From: Leidyana gryllorum EB-2025a
Lineage: Eukaryota > Protista > Apicomplexa
NCBI GenBank assembly: GCA_048772705.1
Contig: JBLWGC010000104.1
Location: forward strand, 1-64,000
Direction: 5' to 3'
DNA: 64,000 bases
Part shown: positions 25,424-36,666 of the stretch, one piece after another
Layout of the letters: each line of letters opens with the position of its first letter
Position numbering within the stretch: position 1 is the stretch's first letter
Notes under the pieces: model-generated
Told to the model about the DNA's origin: nothing
Database searches by the model: none
The model's input: the letters and a program-made list of their open reading frames with translations, nothing else
Translations under genes and position numbers: made by a program

Positions 25424-26035
25424 TCAGTGCTTACGGAGGAACCCGAGGCGGATGCCTTCAGGGGTGGTGGAGGGAAGGCCCGTCCAGGTCAACGGGATGT
25501 CAAATTCGTCACCAATAGTAAATTGACAATTCTTGTGGTCACCCTGAACCTTGAAGATAGAGCGATCGTGGAATAGCAGTTCATTAGGAGGCATTCTGAG
25601 GATGATGGGTCGGCTTGAGAGTATTTCAGTAGCATTCGTCGTTCCATAGATTATCGATAGATCGCTACAGCGATCTTCCCACTCCGGAGCCGTATGTACA
25701 GTTAAAGCGCCACAATCCGGTGACGCGTTGATAGTAGTGGTAATAGTGCCGTTCTCAACATTTAGCGACCAACCACGCAGACTGCGCAGGTTGATGCCCA
25801 GAGTACCTTGTTCCGCGCAGAGTACACGGCTGGTCACGGTAGCGTTGGCCGAGGCCGCCACATCACAGCCGGCCGCGTTGCTGGCTCTGACGCAGGCGCG
25901 CCAGTCACGCGGGGTTGTGAATGAGCAGGAGTTGAGGTGTAGTTGTTGTGTGCAGGGATCCACATGGCCACTGTGTAGCCGCAGACCCTCCACCAAACTA
26001 CCGAATAGGGCAATAGAAGTTAGAAGGAGGCGCAT
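25424..26035 (-). CDS. Small secreted Cys-containing protein, unknown function
   Basis: Intronless ORF with signal peptide MRLLLTSIALFGSLVEG, eight Cys and several N-x-S/T sequons. Confidence 0.6.
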   Translation of the reverse strand: MRLLLTSIALFGSLVEGLRLHSGHVDPCTQQLHLNSCSFTTPRDWRACVRASNAAGCDVAASANATVTSRVLCAEQGTLGINLRSLRGWSLNVENGTITTTINASPDCGALTVHTAPEWEDRCSDLSIIYGTTNATEILSSRPIILRMPPNELLFHDRSIFKVQGDHKNCQFTIGDEFDIPLTWTGLPSTTPEGIRLGFLRKH

Positions 26036-26133
26036 TCTTTCACGATACACCACAACTAAATCTGCTTGGACCAGCAAAGGAAACAGTGGCGCACACACGT
26101 CTTCCCTATAGAGCCCTTACAGGTAGACCAACA

Positions 26134-26672
26134 ATGACCCAGGTAAATAATGATCTTGATGCTAATTTGAGCGGTCTGGAGGCCTTGGAGATAACAAGAT
26201 GGCTACTTGCAGAAGGCAACGATCTTCAAGAGCTCGCCAATCAGCTGTCCATTTCCGGTGACTCGATCATCCCCGACGTTACTCCTGGCGAAGACGCATC
26301 CAGCGCGTTCCTCCCCAAATTGGAAGGCAGACTGCGCTTCCTACAAAGCCTACAGGTACGATAATACCCCGCCGTTGGCTGGAAATTGAATCCTTTGGCC
26401 ACCCCCTTCCCCCCCAGGAATTGATGCATGCCGTCCATGAAGCATCTTGGGAGCTAAGTAGCTCAGAGCCGACGGCTGGTACCGGCGAGTGCGCCGAATT
26501 CGCCGACCCCGTTCTACGTAACGCTGAAGCGCATGTGGTTAACAAAGTGTTGCAGAAGCTGGACTCCTTTTCGCCCACAGACATGGAGGAAAAGGTCGCA
26601 CCGACAATCCCCAACGAGGATACTCTAAGGGAGTTGGTGATGCAGCTGCAAAAGCTTGGCGAGCGCTCCTAA
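26134..26672 (+). CDS. Hypothetical protein (two exons)
   Basis: MTQVNNDL...FLQSLQ, then intron gtacga..cccag, then ELMHAVHEASWEL...LGERS*; helical composition. Confidence 0.55.
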
Positions 26673-26702
26673 TAATTGACCGCTGCTGCTGAGCTCGAGT
26701 AT

Positions 26703-28017
26703 CTACATCAGCGGCTGAACCTTCCCAATGACTGCTTCAATCTCAGCCAACAGGCTGTCAGATCCCGCCATATTCCCATCAATCTGTTACCATTACTTTG
26801 TCGAGCATAATACCGCCACCTTACCACTTTCTGGTAGATATCCAACAACTGACGCCCCACCAACACTCCCACATTTGTCGATTCACCAAGGTCCGCTGTA
26901 ATCAAATCAATGCTGCGTATCTGCTGGATTGTAACACCGAGTAAAGGAAGCGTGCCTTTCAAGTCCTTCACTGTCTTAGCCCCGGCCACGCTGGTCTCGA
27001 TTCGACCCCGAATCAATGCCAAGGCGGCCGGAAGCTCCTGTTCCAAGGCTCCCAAGGCACTCAAAATCCGCAAAGCAGCTCTTAGACGATGATTTGCAGT
27101 CACACTGCTTGTTTCTGCTGCACCCCCGAGCGCAAATGCTCGTAGTATCTGTCGGGCGCTGGTCAACAGTGTTGCGGCAGCCTGCAAGGCTGTAGTTATG
27201 TGGGGCCGGAAAGTCTCGAGTTTCATCAACAGAGCCTTCAAGTGTGCGTTCTGTAACATTGCCAGTACCTAAAATGAGCCCATGTGCTTGGGTACTGTCT
27301 CACGTGACAACACCCACATAGCGGGCACACGTGTGTCCGGAAGGGTGCCACCTACCTCGCCGAGTACTTTGGCCAACGAAGCAGCTGCGTCGGGGTCATG
27401 CTCAGTGCCATAACCGATTTCTTCAGCAAGAATGAGCTGCTGTAACACTCTTTTGGCATCGTGTAGCAGAGTGAGTGTGTCGAGGATATTGCGCCACTCC
27501 GATATTGAAGTTTCTACTGCTCCAATGCGTCCATCCAAGACCGTTTGAGTTCTGTGGGTGGGGAAGAGGGATCTTCGTCACACACAATGTTACCTCACTC
27601 AACAACAGTTCCATGCAGGGCCTTGATCCGATCGTGTGATTCAACCAAGATGGGGGGGATTTTTCCCATCGACGCGGCATTCTTCAACAAGTCCTCGTGG
27701 GACGACGCGACCTGAAAGACAAAAGGCAGGATTGGAACCGAACACAATAGGCGCAGGATTTAACGGGAGCCAGAGACCGTATTTGGACATTTGCACACGC
27801 ACACTATGTAACTGAGTCGTGTGATTACCATATCTCCCAAGGTTCCATTTAGCTGTTGCGAAGCTGCTTCAAGTAGAGCCAGGGTTTGGTCGATGTGGTT
27901 GGCTCCGCCAGCAACGGCTCGAGCGACAAAGGCTGGCGTGTCACGCACATTTTCGACCAGACTGTCAATCTCTTGAGAGTCCAATTTAGCTGGAATGGTG
28001 GCAACCACCTCTGTCAT
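26703..28017 (-). CDS. COG5-like Golgi tethering subunit
   Basis: N-terminal pattern F....A.......LA.L.....QL...L...V..SHEDLLKNA...RNILDTLTLL..AKR.LQ resembles the COG5 N-domain; multiple introns. Confidence 0.55.
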
Positions 28018-29514
28018 TTATGCAATTTTCAGTTCTCTCAAAGTGCCCGAATGTTGTCGGTACTTCATTGATTGTGCTACTAAGTGCTCTAAAGCTCTGA
28101 CTTCGGACTGTCCTTTGAGCATTGCGACGCTGGTGCCGCGATGACCGGCCCGAGCAGTTCGGCCAACTCGATGGACATATATTTCTGGCGACAACGGCAA
28201 ATCCCAATGGACAACAGCACTGATTTTGTCAATGTGAAGACCTCTGGAGGCAACGTCAGTACTGACGAGTATCTTTGCTTCCCCGTGGCGAAAAGCTCTG
28301 AGAGCCGCTTGGCGTTCTCGTGCTTTGGCCGTGGCCACTAGCAACCGAACACGGGGCTGTCGTGCGGTCCCAACCACTTCTGTTATTCGTTTGGTGACGG
28401 CTTCGGCCACCCTTCCGGACTGACAGAAGACGAGCACCTTTGCCTTGTCACCCTTTTTCTCCATCAACTTCTTCACGATCTCGGCTTTGCTGCTTCCATC
28501 TCGACAGATCCAGTACTTCTCTTTGAGCTTGACAGCCGTGCTCTCGTCAAGTACCCCTTGGATGCTGATGGGCTGATTCAAGCGCAGCAATCGAAATCCC
28601 TTAAAGTTCTGTACATTCGTCGCTGTCAACACCATCTTGTGGATGTGAGAGTAATGCAAAGGATCATAGGCAGAAGAGGTGGTCGGAACCGAGGTGGGAG
28701 CTGCCGCTATTTCGGGACATTCACAGGCGGCCAATGATTTCATTGACTGACTGCGAAGACTATTGGCGTCGTTCCGGAGCATTGGAAGACCTCTCTTGAT
28801 GTCTTTCTCAAGACAAATATGCTGCAGGGCAAAGAGCCAAGCTCCATACTCTGCTGCCAGGAGACGATCAGCCTCGTCCACCACCACGTGGGACACATTG
28901 GACCAATTACAGAGACTATTTTCGTCGGCCAGAGGCGGTGCGTGAGCAGCCAACCGACTCGCCAGCGCTACAATGATGTGAGGACCTGCTGGCCCATTCA
29001 TCCCCAGCCGAGCCCGCCCTCCCTTGACGTCTCCACCTTGCAACAAGATGCGTTCGTCATATACAGTGTGCTCTCCTCCGAGCAGCACCACCGACAGAGG
29101 TAACTCCTCCAGCTTAGTGAAAGGGGCAAAGTTATGGAAAACCTGGTGAGTCAATTCCTTGGTGGGTAGAAGAATGATACATTGGACTCCAGGCAAAAGC
29201 ATTCGACTGGGATTCCTCAGAAAATGATCTAAGATAGGCAAAACATACGCCATAGTCTTCCCATATCCCGTCGGAACATATACGCACAGGTCATTCGCCT
29301 GCAAACTCGTGCCTTGCATCCCCTTCTTCCCATAGAACTCCAAGATCTCGCGCTGGTAATTATACAGCCTCTTGATGCCGAAACTTTTTCTCAGAACGGG
29401 AGCCAAAAGCTCATCCAGGGGCCCATAACGCTCACAGTGGTCCACAATACAACCCCCCCGCTTTCTGCAAACGGGGCACTTTGCATTCAGCTTGGCATGA
29501 CTGCCCTTGGTCAT
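28018..29514 (-). CDS. DEAD-box RNA helicase DBP6/DDX51-like
   Basis: Q motif GIKRLYNYQ, DLCVYVPTGYGKTMAY, LPTKEL, VVDEADRLL, TDVASRG, YVHRVGRTARAG. The only in-frame ATG before the Q motif is at 29514. Confidence 0.85.
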   Translation of the reverse strand: MTKGSHAKLNAKCPVCRKRGGCIVDHCERYGPLDELLAPVLRKSFGIKRLYNYQREILEFYGKKGMQGTSLQANDLCVYVPTGYGKTMAYVLPILDHFLRNPSRMLLPGVQCIILLPTKELTHQVFHNFAPFTKLEELPLSVVLLGGEHTVYDERILLQGGDVKGGRARLGMNGPAGPHIIVALASRLAAHAPPLADENSLCNWSNVSHVVVDEADRLLAAEYGAWLFALQHICLEKDIKRGLPMLRNDANSLRSQSMKSLAACECPEIAAAPTSVPTTSSAYDPLHYSHIHKMVLTATNVQNFKGFRLLRLNQPISIQGVLDESTAVKLKEKYWICRDGSSKAEIVKKLMEKKGDKAKVLVFCQSGRVAEAVTKRITEVVGTARQPRVRLLVATAKARERQAALRAFRHGEAKILVSTDVASRGLHIDKISAVVHWDLPLSPEIYVHRVGRTARAGHRGTSVAMLKGQSEVRALEHLVAQSMKYRQHSGTLRELKIA

Positions 29515-30325
29515 TGAGAAGGGCAAAATATTTTCTCCAAGCTATGACGCAGTTTTCCAACATCGAACTTCTCACTGTCCGCCAACGCCAACCCGAACTC
29601 CAGCCCCACCGCAAACACTGCTCAAAATAGTCAGATGACTCTGAATCACTCCCACTTACTGTATAATCCATCAAACAGCTCCACACCCTTCGCTTTGTAG
29701 TCATCCAAAGTCGACCGCAAATTAACCAGAGGCAATCGAATCACATCGATATCCTCGCCTTCATCCTGCTGTTGAACTGGGTGCTGATTCTCAGGCTTCG
29801 ACATGTCCACATAAACCACCCCCATTGCCATACGCTCCTGGCACATCCCGGGACTCAGGCACTGAGGGGGTGAGATCCAAAGCACCTCTCCGTCAAAACC
29901 TGTGCACCAATCAACAACCAGATGCTTCCGATGAACCTGATACCCACCTGTCTCCTCCTTCAGCTCAGCCTTACATACATCAGCTACATTAGTGTGCCGG
30001 CTCTCCACCAAGCCGGCAGGGAACTCTAGGGTCAACGCTCCCATTGGGGGTCTGACGATCGGGTGCGGAAATAGTAATGTCATTCAGCAGCATATTACCG
30101 GTATTGCTGGACAGCAACTATACTCAATGCTTCTAAGCCAGTCTTGGAAGGATCCGCGACCAATGCTAGCACACCAGCACAGTCTGCCTCCGAGTCGGGG
30201 GGCGTGGTAGGGCGCGAGGTAACATTCCAACTGCGTTCCTGACCCTTCCGGTCCTGATATTTCACCTCTTCCAACTGCAACCACTTGGTTGCAAACAGTG
30301 TTCGACGATCGAGTATGCGTGCCAT
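29511..30325 (-). CDS. NUDT5: ADP-ribose/ADP-sugar pyrophosphatase (Nudix)
   Basis: KWLQLEEVKYQD..G.ERSW, VQQYRPP, LEFPAGLVE, Nudix box AELKEETG, SPGMC, DEGEDIDV; spliced last exon LYMFAVGLEFG...CPSQ*. Confidence 0.85.
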
Positions 30326-31489
30326 GAGAATCACCTTACCTTTTGTAGTGCTTTTTGCCTATGCAGAGGCCGTCAAACAGAACATATTGGCTCTACCGTT
30401 CATCGGCAACGCTGCAAATCGGATGATTCTTGACATTTATCCGCAAGATATTGCTGCTCAAGGTAGGAGAGGAAGCGGCTTTCTAAGAAACATGTCGACG
30501 CACAGAAGAGGCCGAAATACTGGACAGCCTCATTCCTGTGATGGGTAGGAATGATCATACAAGTATCAGTGACTACTATCTGTTGTTTAGGCCCCATGGA
30601 AGCGCAAGTGGAGAACGTAGCACGACGTGCACACACCGAGAAACAAGGCCATGTCCGAGTTGCGGAGGCCGCGAGACCTTCAAGTGAGGTGGAGACCGCG
30701 CGGGAAGAGCGGGAAGAGGTGGAGTGAGATGACAGAGGAGGAGATCGAGAAGTCACACGTTGAATTACGTGAGAAGGCGGCTGAAACCCTGGAGGCACGT
30801 GTGGGGGTGATCGAGCAGAACCTCGAGGTGCTACGCGACAGAGCACAAGCGCTGGATGCGCGGGACCGATTGCTACATCATCAACTCGACACTATGATTC
30901 TGGAACAAGAAGCAGGTTCGTGGAATAAAGAGCATTGGATAACGTATGTCACGTCCTCTACCCAAGAAGAGTTGGAAACAGCAAGTAAGTGACCAGAGAA
31001 GTATCGACGCAGCACCATGTGATGTCCTGATGCAGTGATGGCGCAACCCTCCACCCAAAAGATTGTCAGTCACATCACCAAGATCTTGGCGAACGATGCC
31101 TTGCGGGCGCAGAACCTGTCGTGGTTTAATTACTACAATCTGGCCTTAAAACGGAACCAAATGGCCGTTAACGTCTGGAAGATTGACAAGGCTCACGGTG
31201 AACGCTATGTGAAGGCTTTGGAAGCCAAACGGTTGCAAGAAGACAAGGTATGAGGGTTTGTAACTCTGGTGCTTTAGAAGCATGCAATGTGTAGGAATTG
31301 GCTGACGCCGTCGTGCGCGCGGAGCAGGAACTACAGATGGAATTGAGAGAGATGGAGAAGGCCAAAGCAGCTGAGAAGCCTGAAGAGCTCCAAGGTGCAG
31401 GGCTAGAGTCTGTCAGCGTGCATGCACCACACGTGCAGGTCACGAAAGCCCAAGCTGACATCCTTGACTTCCTGTCAGACGTCGTCTGA
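30324..31489 (+). CDS. Putative signal-peptide-bearing coiled-coil protein (exon structure uncertain, may be two genes)
   Basis: MRITLPFVVLFAYAEA signal-like start; downstream ORFs 30627-30992, 31035-31253 and 31298-31489 are separated by GT..AG introns. Confidence 0.45.
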
Positions 31490-31651
31490 GACCTGAGGTA
31501 CGTAATGTGTATATATTTGATAAGAGGGCGTGGAGGTTGCTGAGATACACTCGTTTACGATTCCATATCCGCAGCCACCTTGCCCTTATTTTAGTACAAT
31601 CGAACGCTTCGAACGTTGCACCTTCGCTTCAGGTTCTAACGGAGTTGGGCC

Positions 31652-32992
31652 ATGAGAGAGATTGTATCGATTCATTTAGGTCAGGCTGGTGTCCAGCTCG
31701 GTGGAGCCACTTGGGAGTTGTTCTGTCTTGAACATGGCATCTTGCCGGACGGATACGTAGCCAACTGTGACGACCTTGAGGTGTTCGAGGATGACGCTCA
31801 CGCCACCTTCTTCAGCGAGACCGGAGAGAAGAAACTTGTACCCCGAGCTTTGTTCTGCGATCTGGAACCGACTGTCATTGATGAAGTCCGTTCCGGCACT
31901 TACCGTTCTCTGTTCCACCCTGACCAATTGTACAGTGGGAAAGAAGATGCTGCCAACAACTACGCTCGTGGACACTACACTGTCGGTCGTGAAGCTGTTG
32001 ATGAGTGCATGGACAGAATCCGCAAACTCACTGAGAACTGTACCGGTCTCCAGGCATTCCTTGTATACCATGCCGTCGGTGGTGGTACTGGGTCAGGTTT
32101 GGGTTGCCTTATCTTGGAGCGTCTTTCTGTTGACTTTGGCAAGAAGTCCAAGTTGAACATCTGTACCTGGCCTGCCCCTCAGATCAGTACCTCCGTTGTT
32201 GAGCCATACAACGCGGTATTGTGTACCCACTCCCTCATCGATCACACTGATGTTTCCTTCTTAATGGACAACCAAGCTATTTACGACATCTGCACCCGAA
32301 GCTTGAATGTTGCTCATCCGAGTTATCCCAACATTAACCGTCTTATTGCTCAGGTGATGTCCAGTTTCACAGTCAGTTTGAGGTTCGACGGTGCCCTGAA
32401 CGTGGACATTACTGAGTTCCAGACCAACTTGGTCCCCTATCCCCGTGTTCACTTCTGTATGAGTTCCTACGCCCCCCTCTTGACAGCCGAGCACAGCCGT
32501 TCGGAGAACATTAGTGTGGGGCAACTGACGCGCGCCATTGTGGACCCGAAGAGTCACTTCGCCAAGTACGAGCCTCGGCAGGGCAAGTACATCGCCATGT
32601 GTCTGTTGTACCGCGGTGATGTTGTGCCGAAGGACACGAACGCTGCAATTTCCCAATTGAAGCAGAACAACACTGTCAACTGGGTGCCCTGGTCACCGAC
32701 TGGTATCAAGATCGGTCTGAACTACCAGGCTCCCACACATATCCCTTCTGGCGATCTGGCGAAGGTGACTCGGGCGTTGTGCGCGTGTTCTAACTCGACT
32801 GGCATGGTTGACGTATTTGGCCGAATGGACGCCAAGTTTGACCAGATGTATGCCAAGAGAGCTTTCGTTCACTGGTACGTCGGAGAAGGTATGGAGGAAG
32901 GCGAATTTTCTGAGGCTCGCGAAGATCTTGCTGCTTTGGAGCGGGATCTGTTGACCGTATCCGACGACCTGATCGAAGAGGACCAGGAGTGA
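31652..32992 (+). CDS. TUBA: Alpha-tubulin, divergent isoform, intronless
   Basis: [71 protein letters not shown]. Confidence 0.97.
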   Translation: MREIVSIHLGQAGVQLGGATWELFCLEHGILPDGYVANCDDLEVFEDDAHATFFSETGEKKLVPRALFCDLEPTVIDEVRSGTYRSLFHPDQLYSGKEDAANNYARGHYTVGREAVDECMDRIRKLTENCTGLQAFLVYHAVGGGTGSGLGCLILERLSVDFGKKSKLNICTWPAPQISTSVVEPYNAVLCTHSLIDHTDVSFLMDNQAIYDICTRSLNVAHPSYPNINRLIAQVMSSFTVSLRFDGALNVDITEFQTNLVPYPRVHFCMSSYAPLLTAEHSRSENISVGQLTRAIVDPKSHFAKYEPRQGKYIAMCLLYRGDVVPKDTNAAISQLKQNNTVNWVPWSPTGIKIGLNYQAPTHIPSGDLAKVTRALCACSNSTGMVDVFGRMDAKFDQMYAKRAFVHWYVGEGMEEGEFSEAREDLAALERDLLTVSDDLIEEDQE

Positions 32993-33071
32993 TTTTTGCA
33001 TCGAATGATGAGATAGGGTCAATCAAATATTTTAGAACAAAAAAGGAAGAGATCATAGGCTTTATGCCACA

Positions 33072-34224
33072 ATGGTAGAAGCGGCTCGGAAGCAAGAGTC
33101 CTCAACAAACTACAGCCGGAAAACGGCTGTTTATCTGCGTGTGTACGACATCTCAGGCGGAGCGTAAGCTAACGGCGGGTGTTATTGAACTGATCTGGAT
33201 TGGATGTTGTGGTCATCAGTGCTCGGACTTGGTCACCGATCCTGCTTGGCAGACGTGTAGAGGGCGTGTGGCATAGCGGTGTGGAATGCTTCGGATTCGA
33301 GTACTTTTATGGTAAGGGGTCGCCCGAGGCGGCGCCGGCTATGTGTGTGTTTGCGCGATGTGTCGGTATGTTTTTCGTTTAGGGGGTGGGATCGTGAAGA
33401 TGCGTCCTGAGAACGTGGAGAGCGCGTTTGGGATAAGTCCGGTGAAGAAGCATCATCTGGGTCACACGGAATTGACGCGTGCAGCATTTGAAGGGCATTT
33501 GCAGTCGATAAAGCCGATGTTCAAGCGAGAGGTGTACGATTTGGTGAATTGGAACTGCAATCACTTTTCTGACCACGTGGCTCGGCATCTGGTTGGGAAG
33601 CCCATACCATCTTACATTTTGGATTTACCACACGAGGTGTGCAAGACGTTTATGGGGAAGATTCTGTTGAACTTCATCAAGATGTTACAAGGGGGCGCGG
33701 CTCCAGTGAGTGTGGACGACCCTGAGCACCCGTCTAAGCATTTGGATGGTGGTAACGGTGGTATGGTGCGACGGAACAGTTGTCCTGCGTCTCCGACTCG
33801 TCGGCGGCCGACCCCGTCTGCTTTGAGTGCGCGGGAGACGCACGTGGTGCCTGGGGTACTGGCGGCTGACCCGAGTATTTATCGCGGCGGACGGGAGCGT
33901 AGCGTGGGTGCGGTGCATCGGCATTCGCAGAGGCACAAGACAGTGAGTGAGGTTCGGCGAAAGCGGCCGACTACAATGAATTTGACATCGTGTACGACTA
34001 CGGCGGCGAGCACGACGACGACGACGAGCAGCAGCACAAGTAGTGACGCGGAGAAGTGTACGCGTTTGGAGTTGATAGCAGGAGCCCCGATTGGGAATGA
34101 AGAGACGGCAATTCTGTTCAGTCCTAAGCACAAGCGGTTATATGAAGAGGAGCGTGACCGTTACTGCAGTGTCCGGGCGGCTCCACGGGTGGTGAAAATG
34201 CAGACGAGTGTACACAATTTTTGA
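33072..34224 (+). CDS. PPPDE/DeSI-family desumoylating isopeptidase
   Basis: VYLRVYDISGG, EGVWHSGV..FGFEYFYGGGI, YDLVNWNCNHFS (His/Cys dyad), IPSYILDLP; two introns. Confidence 0.9.
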
Positions 34225-34268
34225 GCTGCATTTTATAGGGCGGGGGGCTGCTTTTGCCACAGTTAGCC

Positions 34269-36632
34269 ATGACAGATGGGGAAGGGGCGGGAGACTTCGC
34301 AGATTGGCGAAGTGGCGACGAAGATTCGGCTACGGAGGAAAAGGTGTTGTTGGATGCCGCCCCGAGTGGTGGTAACAACAACACTTCCAATCAAGAAAAG
34401 CAGCAGTCAGAAGAGGAAGGCGAGAAGGCTTCTTCACAGACGAAACGGTCAAGACGGAGACGTGGAACGCGCGCGTGCAATGAACAGGTGAAAGCGATCG
34501 ATGTTGAGCAACTGGTGGCTCCTGACCGGCGTCCTGACGGCAGCACCGTAACTACGACTAAGACACTCGTTGACCGCCTCGATTCGTTGCCGCCTGGAGT
34601 GGGTTACGGCCAACGGAAAACTGTAATACGTATTGGCGACGCCGAAGCCGCGTTTATATTGGGGCGCGGTGGACGTACCAAGTTGAAAATCGGAAGAGTA
34701 TCTGGCTGTCGGGTCAATTTGACCAACAACTTGGAACTGGAGTTAGTCGGCGATCCCGAAGCCCGCGCTCGCGCAGAGCTCTATGTTCGTCTCGTCCTGC
34801 AGCAGCGACGGGGACAAGTTCTTATCGACTTTGACGAGACAGACCGGAACGATCTTACTATCATCGATGTGCCGTCCGACTCAGTTGCCTTCGTAACCGG
34901 CGCTCAAGGCTACGTTCTACGATCCATTGAAGAAGAATGGAACACTCTCATGTTCTTTGTCCAACACGTACGCGAAGACCATCGCCGGTCAAAATCAGCC
35001 GACTCTAAACCCTCAAAGTCCAAGGCGACTACCACATCCAAACCACCAGAGACCGCTGACGACAAGATGGAAGAAACTACTCCCCTTAACGTGGACAAAC
35101 CCACCAAACTACTCCAGCTTGAGCAAGACTCGCAAGGCGACGCAACCAGACTGCGACAGCGGAAACGCCCGTCCGTCGACAGAGACGACGACGACACACC
35201 TCACAACGAGACGGAGACGGCAAATGTCACAGCGACAGAGACGGCACTCACCAAGATGGAGGAGAACGGTGAAGACGGCCCAGCACACAAAAAAGAAGCA
35301 GAGGAGGACACCACGAGTCCACAGCCTCCAGTCGTTAAGACAGAAGAGGAAGAAGCTCTCGGCACCGGCAAACCCGACGATAATCGTATGGGCGACGACG
35401 CAGACAAGGAGGGCGACGACGACAACATCAAGAAGCCGCCCACGGCCCAGGATGACGATAAGAAACCGTCCGCGGCCCCCACTAAAGAGAAGACCTCCAC
35501 ACAATCTCCCACCGGTGGACCGGCGGAACCGGAACGCGCGTCGAGCGCTGTGCCATCCGAAAGTTCAAAGGCACGATCGTCATCAGCTGCAAGACGCAGT
35601 AGCGGATCTGCTGCTGCTGCTGCTGCCGCTGCCAGTGTTGTATCTCTGAACACTAGCGGTCGATCATTGTTCCGAGTGGACCGCTCTAAGTGCGCTTGTG
35701 AAACACTGCTTATCTTTGGGTCCGACAGAGGACGCCGTGGCGCTGAACTGAAAGTAATGTCGGCGGCGGAACAAAAGAGCCCCGGAAGATTTGCGGCTTT
35801 ACTCAGTGTTCCCGACTACCGATCGGAGGCCGACGGATTTGATACCGATCGCGTGGCAATCTCGCGCGATGATTTTTCGTATGTGTTGGGCAAAGACGGG
35901 TCCACGAGACGGAAGCTCACACGCGCCTCCCACTGCATTTTAGAGTGCGTAGGACATACCGCCTTCCTTGCTGGGAATAAGGACGAACGGACGAGATGCA
36001 GAGAATATCTCGACTGGCTCATCCGACAACGGATGGGCCCCATTCACATCCCATATGCCGGCCGGAACGATGTTTTGACCATCGTGGCGCCCTCATCGCT
36101 CGCCAAAGCGTTGACCAATGGGAGAGACTCGTGTGTTCGGACCACACTCGAGGGCGCCGCTGGGGCTCTATGTATTCTCGACGCTGAAGCACCCAACCCC
36201 AATGAGAAACGTATCATCGTTCTCTCTCACTCTGCGCGGGCCCGTGAACAGGCGCGCCGTGCCATTTACGAAGAACTCGACAAGCTCCCGGTACCAGTGG
36301 ACTCTGAACCCGCAGGACCTGGAACCGAGTACATCTACAGGCGCGTCTCTGAACAGCGGCGACCAATCGCGCCTCTATCCTCGAGCGGCGGCGGAGGAGG
36401 ATTACTACCGCCACATGCTCCGCCTCCATCAAGAAAAACACACTCGCAGCAACATATGCCTGCTGGGGTGCCACGGGGTCGGTACGAGCCCCGCAACACT
36501 TTGGCTGCGATTAGTGCCTTCGGTAGAGCGAAATCAGTTCCTTATTATCATCGCTCCCCATCTCCACCCCCTGAGCGGTATCGACCTCGCTATGATGACT
36601 ACCCTGACCCGAAGCGCCGGAGACGCTACTAA
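34269..36632 (+). CDS. Multi-KH-domain RNA-binding protein
   Basis: KH GxxG loops AFILGRGGRT, AFVTGAQGYV and SYVLGKDGST, arranged as two similar halves around an acidic disordered insert. Confidence 0.85.
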   Translation: MTDGEGAGDFADWRSGDEDSATEEKVLLDAAPSGGNNNTSNQEKQQSEEEGEKASSQTKRSRRRRGTRACNEQVKAIDVEQLVAPDRRPDGSTVTTTKTLVDRLDSLPPGVGYGQRKTVIRIGDAEAAFILGRGGRTKLKIGRVSGCRVNLTNNLELELVGDPEARARAELYVRLVLQQRRGQVLIDFDETDRNDLTIIDVPSDSVAFVTGAQGYVLRSIEEEWNTLMFFVQHVREDHRRSKSADSKPSKSKATTTSKPPETADDKMEETTPLNVDKPTKLLQLEQDSQGDATRLRQRKRPSVDRDDDDTPHNETETANVTATETALTKMEENGEDGPAHKKEAEEDTTSPQPPVVKTEEEEALGTGKPDDNRMGDDADKEGDDDNIKKPPTAQDDDKKPSAAPTKEKTSTQSPTGGPAEPERASSAVPSESSKARSSSAARRSSGSAAAAAAAASVVSLNTSGRSLFRVDRSKCACETLLIFGSDRGRRGAELKVMSAAEQKSPGRFAALLSVPDYRSEADGFDTDRVAISRDDFSYVLGKDGSTRRKLTRASHCILECVGHTAFLAGNKDERTRCREYLDWLIRQRMGPIHIPYAGRNDVLTIVAPSSLAKALTNGRDSCVRTTLEGAAGALCILDAEAPNPNEKRIIVLSHSARAREQARRAIYEELDKLPVPVDSEPAGPGTEYIYRRVSEQRRPIAPLSSSGGGGGLLPPHAPPPSRKTHSQQHMPAGVPRGRYEPRNTLAAISAFGRAKSVPYYHRSPSPPPERYRPRYDDYPDPKRRRRY

Positions 36633-36666
36633 GTAGACCTCTTCATCAACTACGTGTCTCTTTCGT

